Below, in pieces: positions 47,261 through 55,938 of a stretch of 64,000 nt of DNA. The notes beneath the pieces are model-generated. The model did not search any database, was not told the origin of the DNA, and worked only from the letters and a program-made list of their open reading frames with translations. Source of the DNA: Planctomycetota bacterium (GTDB lineage Bacteria > Planctomycetota > UBA11346); NCBI GenBank assembly GCA_038231435.1, contig JBBRLJ010000022.1, positions 1-64,000 of the forward strand. The letters are read 5' to 3'. Position 1 is the first letter of the stretch. Every line of letters begins with the position of its first letter. Position numbers and translations under genes: made by a program.

Positions 47261-47371
47261 GCCGGGGGACCCCATCGGCACCGCGCCGTCGCATCGACAG
47301 GCGCCTCATCCCAAGAACTCCGAACAACCCCAGTCGCCAGGATGGCTCGCCCATCTGGCGCAGGACAGGCC

Positions 47372-50059
47372 ATGAATCTGCCAGCGACCGAGATCCGTCC
47401 CTACGACCCAGCCGCCATCGAGCCCAAGTGGCAGGCGCGCTGGAACGACACGCGCGCCCACGAGGTGCGCGATGATCTGCCGCGCGAGCAGTGCTATTAC
47501 GTGCTCGAGATGTTCCCGTACCCCAGCGGCAAGCTGCACATGGGGCACGTGCGCAACTACTCGATCGGCGACGCCGTCGCGCGTTACAAGCGCATGCGCG
47601 GCTTCCATGTGCTGCATCCGATGGGTTGGGACTCGTTCGGCCTGCCGGCCGAGCAGGCCGCGATCGAACGCGGCGCGCATCCGAAGAAATGGACCTACGA
47701 CAACATCGCCTACATGCGTTCACAGCTCAAGCGCATGGGCTTCAGCTACGCGTGGTCGCGTGAATTCGCGTGCTCCGATCCCGGCTACTCGGCGCGCGAG
47801 CAGGACATCTTCCTGGACCTGGTCGAGAAGGGCCTGGTCTACCGCAAGTCGAGCATGGTGAATTGGTCCACCGGCCTGAATACCGTGCTGGCCAACGAGC
47901 AGGTGATCGACGGCAAGTGCTGGCGCACCGGCATGCCGGTCATCCAGAAGGAACTGCCGCAGTGGTGCGTGCGCATCACCCATTACGCTCAGGAGCTGCT
48001 GACAGCCACCTACGACCTGCCCGGCTGGCCGGATGCGGTGCTGGTGCAGCAGCGCAACTGGATCGGCAAGAGCGAGGGCGCCGAGATCGACTTTCCCGTC
48101 GATGGCCATCCTGGCGAGAAGCTCACCGTCTTCACCACCCGTCCCGACACACTGTTCGGCGTGACTTTCATGTCGATCGCCCCCGAGCACGCGGCGCTCG
48201 AGCGCATCGTGCCGGCGTCGCACCGCGCCGCGGTCGACGCGTTCCGCGCCGAGGTCAAGAAGGTCACCACGCACGACCGCATGGGCGAGAACGCCGAGAA
48301 GAAAGGCTGTTTTTCCGGCGCTCACGTCATCAATCCAGCGAATGGTGACAAAGTTCCGTTGTGGCTGGCCAACTTCGTGGTCGCCGACTACGGCACTGGC
48401 GCGGTCATGGCCGTGCCCGCGCACGACACCCGCGATTTCGAGTTCGCGCGCGCGTATGGGATTGCCGTCAAGCAGGTGATCATAGACGATGCGAAGGGAG
48501 TGGATGGAAAGCCGCAGTCGGCTCTCGACGAGGCCTTCATCGAGGTCGGCACGCTGGTTGCCAGCAGCCAGTTCGACGGCCAGCGCTCCGACTCTGCGAA
48601 GTCTGCGATCACCCAGTGGTTGGCCGCTCGCGGCGTGGCGCGCGCGACCACCACCTGGCGCCTGCGCGACTGGGGCATCAGCCGCCAGCGCTACTGGGGC
48701 AACCCGATCCCGTTCGTCTACGGTGAGCGCTCGGGCGCGGTGCCGCTGCGCAAGCAGGACCTGCCGGTGACCCTGCCTGACGACGTCGCCTTCGACGGTG
48801 TCGGCAATCCGCTCGAGAAGCACCCGTCCTGGGCGACCACCGGCAACGACGGCAAGCCATTGACCGTGCGCACCGCGCAGGGCCCCGAGGCCGCGCGCCG
48901 CGAGACCGACACCATGGACACCTTCATGGAGTCATCGTGGTATTTCGCGCGTTTCACCTGCGCCGACGCGGCCAAGCCGTTGGACCGCGCGCGCGTCGAC
49001 CACTGGCTGCCGGTGGATCTCTATATCGGCGGCATCGAGCACGCCGTCCTGCACCTGCTGTACGCGCGCTTCTTCCAAAAGGCATTGTGCGATGTCGGCT
49101 ACAGCAGCAGGCGCGAGCCGTTCAAGCGCCTGCTCTGCCAGGGCATGGTCACCATGGAGACCTACTCGCGCCCTGGCGAGGGGGGCAAGCCGGTGTGGTT
49201 CTACCCCGACGAGGTCGAGGTCGAGAAGGATCCCAAGGGCAAGGTGGTCTCGGCGAAATCCAAGGCCGACCGCCGCGACGTGGTGGTGGGCCGCGTCGAG
49301 AAGATGTCGAAATCGAAGCGCAACACCGTCGATCCGCAGCTGCTGATCGATCGCTACGGCGCTGACACCGCGCGCTTGTTCGTGCTCTTCGCCGCTCCGC
49401 CCGAGCGCGACCTGGAGTGGAACGAGGATGGCGTCATCGGCCAGCATCGCTTCCTCAAGCGCCTGTGGACGCTGGTCCAGGAGCAGAAGCAGCGGCTGGC
49501 GGCGGTGGCTCCGTACGCCGGCGCCGCCAAGGACGTGGCGGGCGCCGACCAGGCGGTGGTGCGCAAGATCCACGCCACCATCAAGCGCGCCACCGATGCG
49601 ATGGAGAAGGATTTCTCGTTCAACACCACCATCGCCGCGTGCATGGAGCTGTCGAACGAACTGAAGCCCGAGGCGCTGTCGCCACCGGTGCTCAAGCAGG
49701 GCCTGAACACGCTGGTGCGCCTGCTGGCGCCGATGGTGCCGCACATCTGCCACGAGTTGTGGGAGGATCTGGGTGGTTCCATCGGGATTTCGGCGGCTTC
49801 TGGTCCATCAGGTGGCGATCTCACCGCCGCCGGCTGGCCGAGCTACGACGAGACCCAGATCCAGACCGACGACGTCGACTATCCGGTGCAGATGCAGGGC
49901 AAGGTGCGCGCTCGCATCTCGCTGCCGCGCGCCCTGACCGGGCCAGCGCTGGATGCGGCGGTGCTGGCGCACCCCGACGTGGTGGCGGTGATCGGCGATC
50001 GGCCGGTCAGGAAGCTCATCGTCGTGCACGGCAAGATCGTCAACCTCGTCCTCGGCTGA
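47372..50059 (+). CDS. leuS: Leucine--tRNA ligase
   Basis: MFPYPSG.LHMGH, FTTRPDT, GTGAVMAVPAHD.RD, SRQRYWG, GGIEHA.LHLLYARF, KMSKS. Confidence 0.98.
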   Translation: MNLPATEIRPYDPAAIEPKWQARWNDTRAHEVRDDLPREQCYYVLEMFPYPSGKLHMGHVRNYSIGDAVARYKRMRGFHVLHPMGWDSFGLPAEQAAIERGAHPKKWTYDNIAYMRSQLKRMGFSYAWSREFACSDPGYSAREQDIFLDLVEKGLVYRKSSMVNWSTGLNTVLANEQVIDGKCWRTGMPVIQKELPQWCVRITHYAQELLTATYDLPGWPDAVLVQQRNWIGKSEGAEIDFPVDGHPGEKLTVFTTRPDTLFGVTFMSIAPEHAALERIVPASHRAAVDAFRAEVKKVTTHDRMGENAEKKGCFSGAHVINPANGDKVPLWLANFVVADYGTGAVMAVPAHDTRDFEFARAYGIAVKQVIIDDAKGVDGKPQSALDEAFIEVGTLVASSQFDGQRSDSAKSAITQWLAARGVARATTTWRLRDWGISRQRYWGNPIPFVYGERSGAVPLRKQDLPVTLPDDVAFDGVGNPLEKHPSWATTGNDGKPLTVRTAQGPEAARRETDTMDTFMESSWYFARFTCADAAKPLDRARVDHWLPVDLYIGGIEHAVLHLLYARFFQKALCDVGYSSRREPFKRLLCQGMVTMETYSRPGEGGKPVWFYPDEVEVEKDPKGKVVSAKSKADRRDVVVGRVEKMSKSKRNTVDPQLLIDRYGADTARLFVLFAAPPERDLEWNEDGVIGQHRFLKRLWTLVQEQKQRLAAVAPYAGAAKDVAGADQAVVRKIHATIKRATDAMEKDFSFNTTIAACMELSNELKPEALSPPVLKQGLNTLVRLLAPMVPHICHELWEDLGGSIGISAASGPSGGDLTAAGWPSYDETQIQTDDVDYPVQMQGKVRARISLPRALTGPALDAAVLAHPDVVAVIGDRPVRKLIVVHGKIVNLVLG

Positions 50060-50136
50060 AGCTCGCACCGCGCAGGGGTGCGCGCCGGTTGTCGCCATGC
50101 ATCGATCGACATATGCTTCCATCAAGGGAGACCGCG

Positions 50137-50409
50137 ATGGCGAAGGTGACATTCGGCAAGACCACCACCGAGGCCGAGCCGGGCCGCGATCTGCTCGGCG
50201 TGCTGCTCGATGCCGGCGCGCCGATCAGCTACATCTGCATGGCCGGATCCTGCGGCACTTGCCGCGTGCGCGTGCTCGCGGGCATGGCGCACCTCGCCGG
50301 AGCCACGCCGGCGGAGACCTACCACGCCATCGACGTCGCGGGTGGCGACCGCCTTGCCTGCCAGGCGGTGTGCCTCGGCGACGGCGACGTCACGGTGACC
50401 CAGGAATGA
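50137..50409 (+). CDS. 2Fe-2S ferredoxin
   Basis: gggag RBS, C-X4-C-X2-C (CMAGSCGTC) and RLACQ. Confidence 0.9.
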   Translation: MAKVTFGKTTTEAEPGRDLLGVLLDAGAPISYICMAGSCGTCRVRVLAGMAHLAGATPAETYHAIDVAGGDRLACQAVCLGDGDVTVTQE

Positions 50410-50544
50410 GCTGCTCGGCTTCGACTTCGCCGCGCACATCGCCTAGCATCGATATCATCACAGCGATGGGGTCCATATCGACCTCAGCTAGACGCATCAT
50501 TCGTGAGGTCGCAATGCCGTCCTTCACAATTGCATCACTTCCCA

Positions 50545-50589
50545 AACTGTGGCGTAGTTTACAGTTGCATTGAGTTGCACGAAATAGCA
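50545..50589 (+). promoter_or_regulatory. dcw promoter region with 10-bp-period repeats and a palindrome
   Basis: AT-rich patch with AGTTGCA at 50563 and 50573, AATAGCA at 50583, and AACTGT-N10-ACAGTT at 50545-50566. Confidence 0.55.
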
Positions 50590-50613
50590 GGATGCCGCCA
50601 CTCGGAGGGCGGC

Positions 50614-51108
50614 GTGACGATCCATCGGCTGTCTCCCAAAAACCAGGTGACCGTACCCCGCGAGGCGCGCGCGCTGTCCTCGTGGGGAGCGCCGTCGCCT
50701 GGTGCCGAGGCAGCCACCATCCAGCACCTGCGCGGCCGCCGCCACGTGGTGCGCAAACCCGAGAACGGCGAGCAGTTCCGCATCCTGCTGCTGATGACCG
50801 AGATCGAACTGCAGAAGACCGAGAGCCGCATCAGCGCCAACGCCAAGCTCACCGACGACGAGAAATTCGCGGTCGTCACGCGCCTGAACGACGCGATGAA
50901 GACCATGGCCATCGACGCGCAGAACCGCGTGGTGCTTCCGGCCGAGCACATCGCGCACCTCGCCCTCGGCGAAGGCCGCGACCTGAAGTTCGTGTGCACG
51001 AACTCGATGATCCAGATCTGGAATCCCGAGCATTACCAACGCTACGCCAATGACGTCGAGCCGACGTACGACGCGCTGCTCAACACTCACCTCTTCGATT
51101 CTCATTGA
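50614..51108 (+). CDS. mraZ: Divergent MraZ transcriptional regulator
   Basis: Two AbrB-like repeats (HRLSPKNQVTVP; IDAQNRVVLP) and IQIWNP. First gene of the dcw cluster, GTG start after ggaggg. Confidence 0.8.
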   Translation: MTIHRLSPKNQVTVPREARALSSWGAPSPGAEAATIQHLRGRRHVVRKPENGEQFRILLLMTEIELQKTESRISANAKLTDDEKFAVVTRLNDAMKTMAIDAQNRVVLPAEHIAHLALGEGRDLKFVCTNSMIQIWNPEHYQRYANDVEPTYDALLNTHLFDSH

Positions 51109-51134
51109 CGCACCACGCGCAAGGAGCCCCCCCC

Positions 51135-51347
51135 ATGATCGATCCCGCTCTCAACCGCCTGCTCTCGGCCCTCGACTCTCTGGTCGACGTGCCGCCGCGG
51201 GAACTCGCCTGCGACATCGACGAAGCAAACCTGCGGCTACGCCGCATGGCCCGCTTCGGCGTGCTCGCCGACAACAGCCCGTACGTGGCGTTCATCCGCC
51301 GCGTCCTCGATGACAAGCGCCACGCCGCCTACGCCGCCAGTGCCTGA
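51135..51347 (+). CDS. Small hypothetical protein (70 aa) between mraZ and rsmH
   Basis: aaggag RBS, GC3-biased codons, stop overlaps the rsmH start region. Confidence 0.7.
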   Translation: MIDPALNRLLSALDSLVDVPPRELACDIDEANLRLRRMARFGVLADNSPYVAFIRRVLDDKRHAAYAASA

Positions 51348-52221
51348 TCCCGAGGCGTCCTCCCTGCACCGACCGGTGCTGCTCGTCGAGACGATCGAGC
51401 GTCTGCGGCCGGCGCCGGGTGAACGGGTGCTCGACTGCACCCTGGGGCTGGGCGGACATGCCGAGGCCATCCTCGAGCGCGGAGCCGACGTGCTCGGCAT
51501 CGATCGCGACCCGCGCGCACGCGCGCTCGCGAGCGCCAGGTTGGCGAGGTTCGGTCAGAAGCTGATGGTGCGCGGCGGGACCTTCGGCCGCGCCGCGGCC
51601 GAGCTGGTCGCGGAAGGCCAGCGATTCGACGGCGTGTTGGCGGATCTAGGAGTTTCGAGCATGCAGTTGGACGACGAGTCGCGCGGTTTCTCGATCCGCT
51701 CGGGCACCCGCGCCGACATGCGCATGGGCGACGATGCCGGCGAGGACGCGATGCAGCTGATCGACCGCCTGTCCGAGCACGAGCTCGCAGACCTGATCTT
51801 CACCTACGGCGAAGAGCGGCTCAGCCGCCGCATCGCGCGGGCGCTCAAGCTCGCGCGCGCCGCCGGCCGCTGCGAGACCGGCATCGAGCTCGCCGCGGTG
51901 GTTCGCGCGGTCGTTCCCGGCCGCCACGATCGCCACCCGGCGATGCGCACCTTCCAGGCGCTGCGCATCGCGGTGAACGACGAGCTGGGCGAATTGGAAC
52001 GGCTGCTCCAGGCGCTGCCCGATCTGCTCGTGCCTGGCGGGCGCGCGGTGATCATCAGCTTCCACAGCCTCGAGGACCGGCCGGTCAAGCAGGCGCTGCG
52101 TGCGCATGTGGACGATGGCCGCCTCTCGGACGCGTCGCGCAAGGTGACGGTCGCGAGCACCGACGAATCCACCTCCAATCCACGTTCCGCCTCGGCCAAG
52201 CTGCGCTGGGCCGTGCGCTGA
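51340..52221 (+). CDS. rsmH: 16S rRNA m4C1402 methyltransferase
   Basis: H.PVLL.E, DCTLGLGGH, DLGVSSMQLD...RGFS, YGEE, FQALRIAVNDEL, ISFHSLEDR.VK, NPRS.SAKLR. Start 51310 or 51340. Confidence 0.96.
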   Translation: MPDPEASSLHRPVLLVETIERLRPAPGERVLDCTLGLGGHAEAILERGADVLGIDRDPRARALASARLARFGQKLMVRGGTFGRAAAELVAEGQRFDGVLADLGVSSMQLDDESRGFSIRSGTRADMRMGDDAGEDAMQLIDRLSEHELADLIFTYGEERLSRRIARALKLARAAGRCETGIELAAVVRAVVPGRHDRHPAMRTFQALRIAVNDELGELERLLQALPDLLVPGGRAVIISFHSLEDRPVKQALRAHVDDGRLSDASRKVTVASTDESTSNPRSASAKLRWAVR

Positions 52222-52244
52222 AACCCTCTTTCCCCAGGACCTCC

Positions 52245-52529
52245 ATGAACCGCACTGAAATACTGATCCACATCATCGTCGCCTCGATCTGGGTATCGCT
52301 GGCGGTGGTGCTCGGGCTCAAGATCGCGCTGCTCGGCAGCGAGGAGAGCTCGCTCAACCGCCAGCGCGGGCTCGACCGCAAGGCCCAGCTCGAGCTGACC
52401 TACCAGAGCGATCGCCTACGCTCGCAGCTCGCCTTCGAGGCCAGCCCGCCGGCGCTCGAGGAAGCGGTGCGCCGCCTGCAGCTGCCGCTGCATCCGCCCG
52501 AGCCGACCATGCGCATGGCCGAACGCTGA
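52245..52529 (+). CDS. ftsL: FtsL-like cell division protein
   Basis: One TM helix, leucine coiled coil, SP..LEE...L.L..P. Canonical position between rsmH and ftsI. Confidence 0.7.
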   Translation: MNRTEILIHIIVASIWVSLAVVLGLKIALLGSEESSLNRQRGLDRKAQLELTYQSDRLRSQLAFEASPPALEEAVRRLQLPLHPPEPTMRMAER

Positions 52530-52582
52530 CCCCCGGCCCCGTCCCGAGCCTCCCGAAGTCCTCTTAGGCGCCTTCCTCCATC

Positions 52583-54439
52583 ATGACCCCCGTCGGCAAC
52601 CAGTACTGGCGCTTCGGCTTCACCATCACGGTGTTCCTCGGCCTCTTCGCCGCCCTCGGGTACCGCCTGCACTACCTGCAGGTCGACGAGGGACAGCGCC
52701 TTTCCGAGCTCGGCAGCCGCCAGCACGACCGCACCTGGGTGCTGCCGGCGGCGCGCGGAAACATCTACGACGGCAGCGGCGCCCCGCTCGCCGAATCGAC
52801 GGGGACCTGGGTCCTGACCGCCGATCCCCTGTACATGGAGGATCGCCTGCGCGCCACCGTCGAACTCAGCCGCATCCTCGGCATCCCGCGCGACCAATTG
52901 CGCGCCCAGTTCGAAGCGCAGCGCAACGGCCGCCGCATCGCCCGCGGCCTCGATGAAGGCCAGGCCGACGCGATCAAGAAGCTCGACCTCGCTGGCGTTT
53001 ACCTGCGCCGGGAATTCACCCGCATCTACCGCGAAGGCGCCATGGCCGCGCACGTGCTCGGATTCGTCGACGGCGACGGCAAGGGCGGAGCCGGCATCGA
53101 GCACAGCTTCGAGCGCCAGCTCGCCGGCGTTGCCGGGCACGAGACCTTGATGATCGACGCCCATGGCACGCCGGTGCTGTCCGGATGCGAGAGCGTTCCG
53201 GCCAAGCAGGGGGCCAGCGTGCAGCTGACCGTCGACCTCACGCTCCAGCGCCTGCTCGAGAAGGAGCTGATGGCCGGCGTCGAGAAGCATCAGCCCAAGA
53301 ACGCCACCGCCATCCTGGTCAGGCCGACCACCGGCGAGATCGTTGCGATGGCCAGCTGGCCGTCGTATTCGCCCGCCGATCACGAAGGCCTCGACGGCGC
53401 CAGCATGCGCAACAACGCCATCGGCTTCGTCTACGAGCCCGGCTCGACGATGAAGCCGCTGGTGGCCGGCGCGGCGGTGGCCGAGAAGTTGACCACCTGG
53501 AGCGAGAACATCTTCTGCGAACATGGGCGCTGGACCTACCGCGAGGGCAAGGCCGCGCGCACCATCTCCGACCACAGCTACAGCCACGGCGGCCACGCCA
53601 TGCTGTCGGTGACCCAGGGCATCGCCCAGTCCGACAACATCCTGATGGCCAAGCTCGGCCTGCGCCTCGGCCCCGAGCGGCTCCACGACTGGGAGGTGTC
53701 CTTCGGCTTCGGCCGCAAGACCGGCATCTGCCTGCCCGGCGAGGACGCGGGCATCATGCTGCCAAAGAAGTCCTGGAGCGATCTCGGCGCCTGCATGTCG
53801 GTGCCGATGGGCCATGAGATCGCGGTCACGCCGCTGCAGCTGGTGATGGCGCACGCCGCCATCGCCAACGGCGGCGTGTGGCTGCCGCCGCGGCTGGTCA
53901 AACGCGTCTACACCCCTGGCGCCGACGGCCGGCTCGAGGATCTGCCGCTGCCCGCGCTCCCCGAAGCCAAGCGCATGTTCACCACCGAGGACGCGCTCGA
54001 GATCCAGGAGGCCATGACCCACACCATGACCGAGGGCACCGGCAAGGGGGCCGATCTGGTCGGCTATTCAGCCGCCGGCAAGACCGGCACCGCCGAGAAG
54101 ATCGTCGATGGCCATTATTCGGACCAGCACCATGTCGGCTCATTCGTGTGCTGGGCGCCCGCCTGCCGCGGCATCAAGCCCGAGCTGCTCTGCCTGGTGG
54201 TGATCGACGATTCCAGCCGCAATGGCCACTACGGCGCCGAGACCGCGGCGCCGATCGTGCAGCGCATCCTCCAGCAGGCGCTCGAGGCCAAGGGCGTCGC
54301 CAAGGATATGCCGGTGCCCGAGAGCAAGCCGCTGCCATCGCCGCAGCCGGTCCAGCGCCAGTCGCAGGATTCCCGACAGCAGGTGGCGAGATCCGACGTG
54401 CCACCCCGGGATCCAGCCCGCGAACGGAGAAGCCGATGA
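52583..54439 (+). CDS. ftsI: Class B penicillin-binding protein (PBP3)
   Basis: A.RG.IYD..G..LA, YEPGSTMK (SxxK), SDN, KTGT. Confidence 0.95.
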   Translation: MTPVGNQYWRFGFTITVFLGLFAALGYRLHYLQVDEGQRLSELGSRQHDRTWVLPAARGNIYDGSGAPLAESTGTWVLTADPLYMEDRLRATVELSRILGIPRDQLRAQFEAQRNGRRIARGLDEGQADAIKKLDLAGVYLRREFTRIYREGAMAAHVLGFVDGDGKGGAGIEHSFERQLAGVAGHETLMIDAHGTPVLSGCESVPAKQGASVQLTVDLTLQRLLEKELMAGVEKHQPKNATAILVRPTTGEIVAMASWPSYSPADHEGLDGASMRNNAIGFVYEPGSTMKPLVAGAAVAEKLTTWSENIFCEHGRWTYREGKAARTISDHSYSHGGHAMLSVTQGIAQSDNILMAKLGLRLGPERLHDWEVSFGFGRKTGICLPGEDAGIMLPKKSWSDLGACMSVPMGHEIAVTPLQLVMAHAAIANGGVWLPPRLVKRVYTPGADGRLEDLPLPALPEAKRMFTTEDALEIQEAMTHTMTEGTGKGADLVGYSAAGKTGTAEKIVDGHYSDQHHVGSFVCWAPACRGIKPELLCLVVIDDSSRNGHYGAETAAPIVQRILQQALEAKGVAKDMPVPESKPLPSPQPVQRQSQDSRQQVARSDVPPRDPARERRSR

Positions 54440-55938
54440 TCGCCGATGAACGACTCTTCGCCGGGCAGGCGCTCGAAGGGATTCCGGGAACGAGCCATGC
54501 CGGCGTGGCGCGCGACAGCCGCGCCGTCGCGCGCGGAGAAGCCTACGTCGCCATGGGCGAGAACGCGCAGCTGGCGGGACATGCGGCGCAGGCACGCGCC
54601 GCAGGCGCCAGCGTGGTGGTCGCGGAGCGTATCCTCCCTGGCGGCCCGAGCCTGGTCACCCCGCATGCGCGCTGGTCGTTCGCCCGCGCCAGCGCCGCCG
54701 CGCGCGGTGTCGATCGCGACTGCCCGCCGCTGCTCGGCGCCACTGGCACCAAGGGCAAATCGACCACCGTCCATTGCGCCTGGTGGGCGCTCGGCCACGG
54801 CGCAGCCCGCGTCGGCACCATCGGCTGGCACGATGGGCGCGAGGAACGTCCGAACCGTCAGACCACGCCGCCGCCGGACGAGCTGCACGATTTCCTGCGC
54901 TCGCTCTCGCCGGGCTGCCAGGGCGTGGCGCTCGAGGTCTCGAGTCACGGCGCCGACCAGCAGCGCCTCGCCGGTCTGCGCATGCGCGCCCTCGCCTGGA
55001 CCGGGCTCGGCCACGATCATCTCGATTACCACGGCTCGCCCGCATCGTACCTCACCGCCAAGCTGCGCTGCATGCGCTGGCTCGAGGACGGCGGCAGCTG
55101 CATCGTCAACGCCGATGATCCGACCGGATACATCGCCGTGCACGCGGCGCGCGCCGCCGGAGCTTGCGCGATCGCGCTCGGCTTCGCCGCCGACGCGCCG
55201 ATCCGCGCCCACCTCGACGCGCGCATCGTGCGCGCTCCCAGTGGCTACCGGCTCGTGCTGCGCGGTGGTGAGCACGTCCTGCCTTCGCGCCTGCCGGGCG
55301 ACTTCAACGCCTGGAACGCGGCCGCCGGTGCGCTGATGGCCGCGGCGGTGGGGGTGCCGCTGGAACTCGCCCTGGAGCGGTTGGCGTCGATGCCGTCCGT
55401 CCCCGGACGCATGGAGCTGCTAGCGCTGGGCCCAGCCACCTATGTGGATTACGCACACACCCCGGAATCGATCACCGTCGCGCTCGCCGCGGTGCGCTCG
55501 GCGCATCCTGGTCGGCGCGTCGCCATCGTCTTCGGCTGCGGCGGCGATCGCGATCCGAGCAAGCGCGCGCCGATGGGGCGCGCCGCCGCCGCCGCGGATG
55601 CGGTGGTGATCACCACCGACAATAGTCGTAGCGAAGCCCCCGAGGCGATCGCGCGCGACATCCTCAAGGGCATCCCCAATCCCGCGACCGCGGCCATCGA
55701 GCTCGAGCGCGGCCGCGCGATCGCGCGCGCGCGCGATCTCGCCGGGCCCGAAGGCGTGGTTCTGGTGGCCGGCAAGGGCCACGAGACCACCCAGGACATC
55801 CGCGGAACCGTCTCACCGTGGGATGATCGCGCCTACGTTCGCGCCCTGGCTTCAGCATCCGCCTCGGCCGCTCGCCCGCAGGGCAGCCCCGCTGCCGGCG
55901 ACCGTCCTCCAGGCGTTCCACCTGGGACCTCCGCGTGA
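54436..55938 (+). CDS. murE: UDP-MurNAc-tripeptide synthetase
   Basis: GTKGKST, LEVSSH, HDHLDYH, VDYAHTP, FGCGGDRD..KR..MG, DNSRSE, AGKGHE. ATGA overlap with ftsI. Confidence 0.93.
   Translation: MIADERLFAGQALEGIPGTSHAGVARDSRAVARGEAYVAMGENAQLAGHAAQARAAGASVVVAERILPGGPSLVTPHARWSFARASAAARGVDRDCPPLLGATGTKGKSTTVHCAWWALGHGAARVGTIGWHDGREERPNRQTTPPPDELHDFLRSLSPGCQGVALEVSSHGADQQRLAGLRMRALAWTGLGHDHLDYHGSPASYLTAKLRCMRWLEDGGSCIVNADDPTGYIAVHAARAAGACAIALGFAADAPIRAHLDARIVRAPSGYRLVLRGGEHVLPSRLPGDFNAWNAAAGALMAAAVGVPLELALERLASMPSVPGRMELLALGPATYVDYAHTPESITVALAAVRSAHPGRRVAIVFGCGGDRDPSKRAPMGRAAAAADAVVITTDNSRSEAPEAIARDILKGIPNPATAAIELERGRAIARARDLAGPEGVVLVAGKGHETTQDIRGTVSPWDDRAYVRALASASASAARPQGSPAAGDRPPGVPPGTSA

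Noticed and set aside
47274..47286. T-box-like GGCACCGCG upstream of leuS
   Set aside because: The bulge reads CGGC, not UGGN. I see no stem I/specifier or U-tailed terminator, and such 9-mers are common at this GC content.
49417..50136. Long N-terminal extension on the ferredoxin ORF
   Set aside because: It overlaps leuS. An RBS and ATG at 50137 give a normal 90-aa ferredoxin.
50410..50520. Hairpins upstream of the dcw promoter as a possible ncRNA
   Set aside because: Only short imperfect stems, with no second copy or recognisable family motif.
53878..54435. Apparent 186-aa N-terminal extension or fusion on MurE
   Set aside because: It overlaps ftsI in another frame. The real start is the ATGA overlap at 54436.
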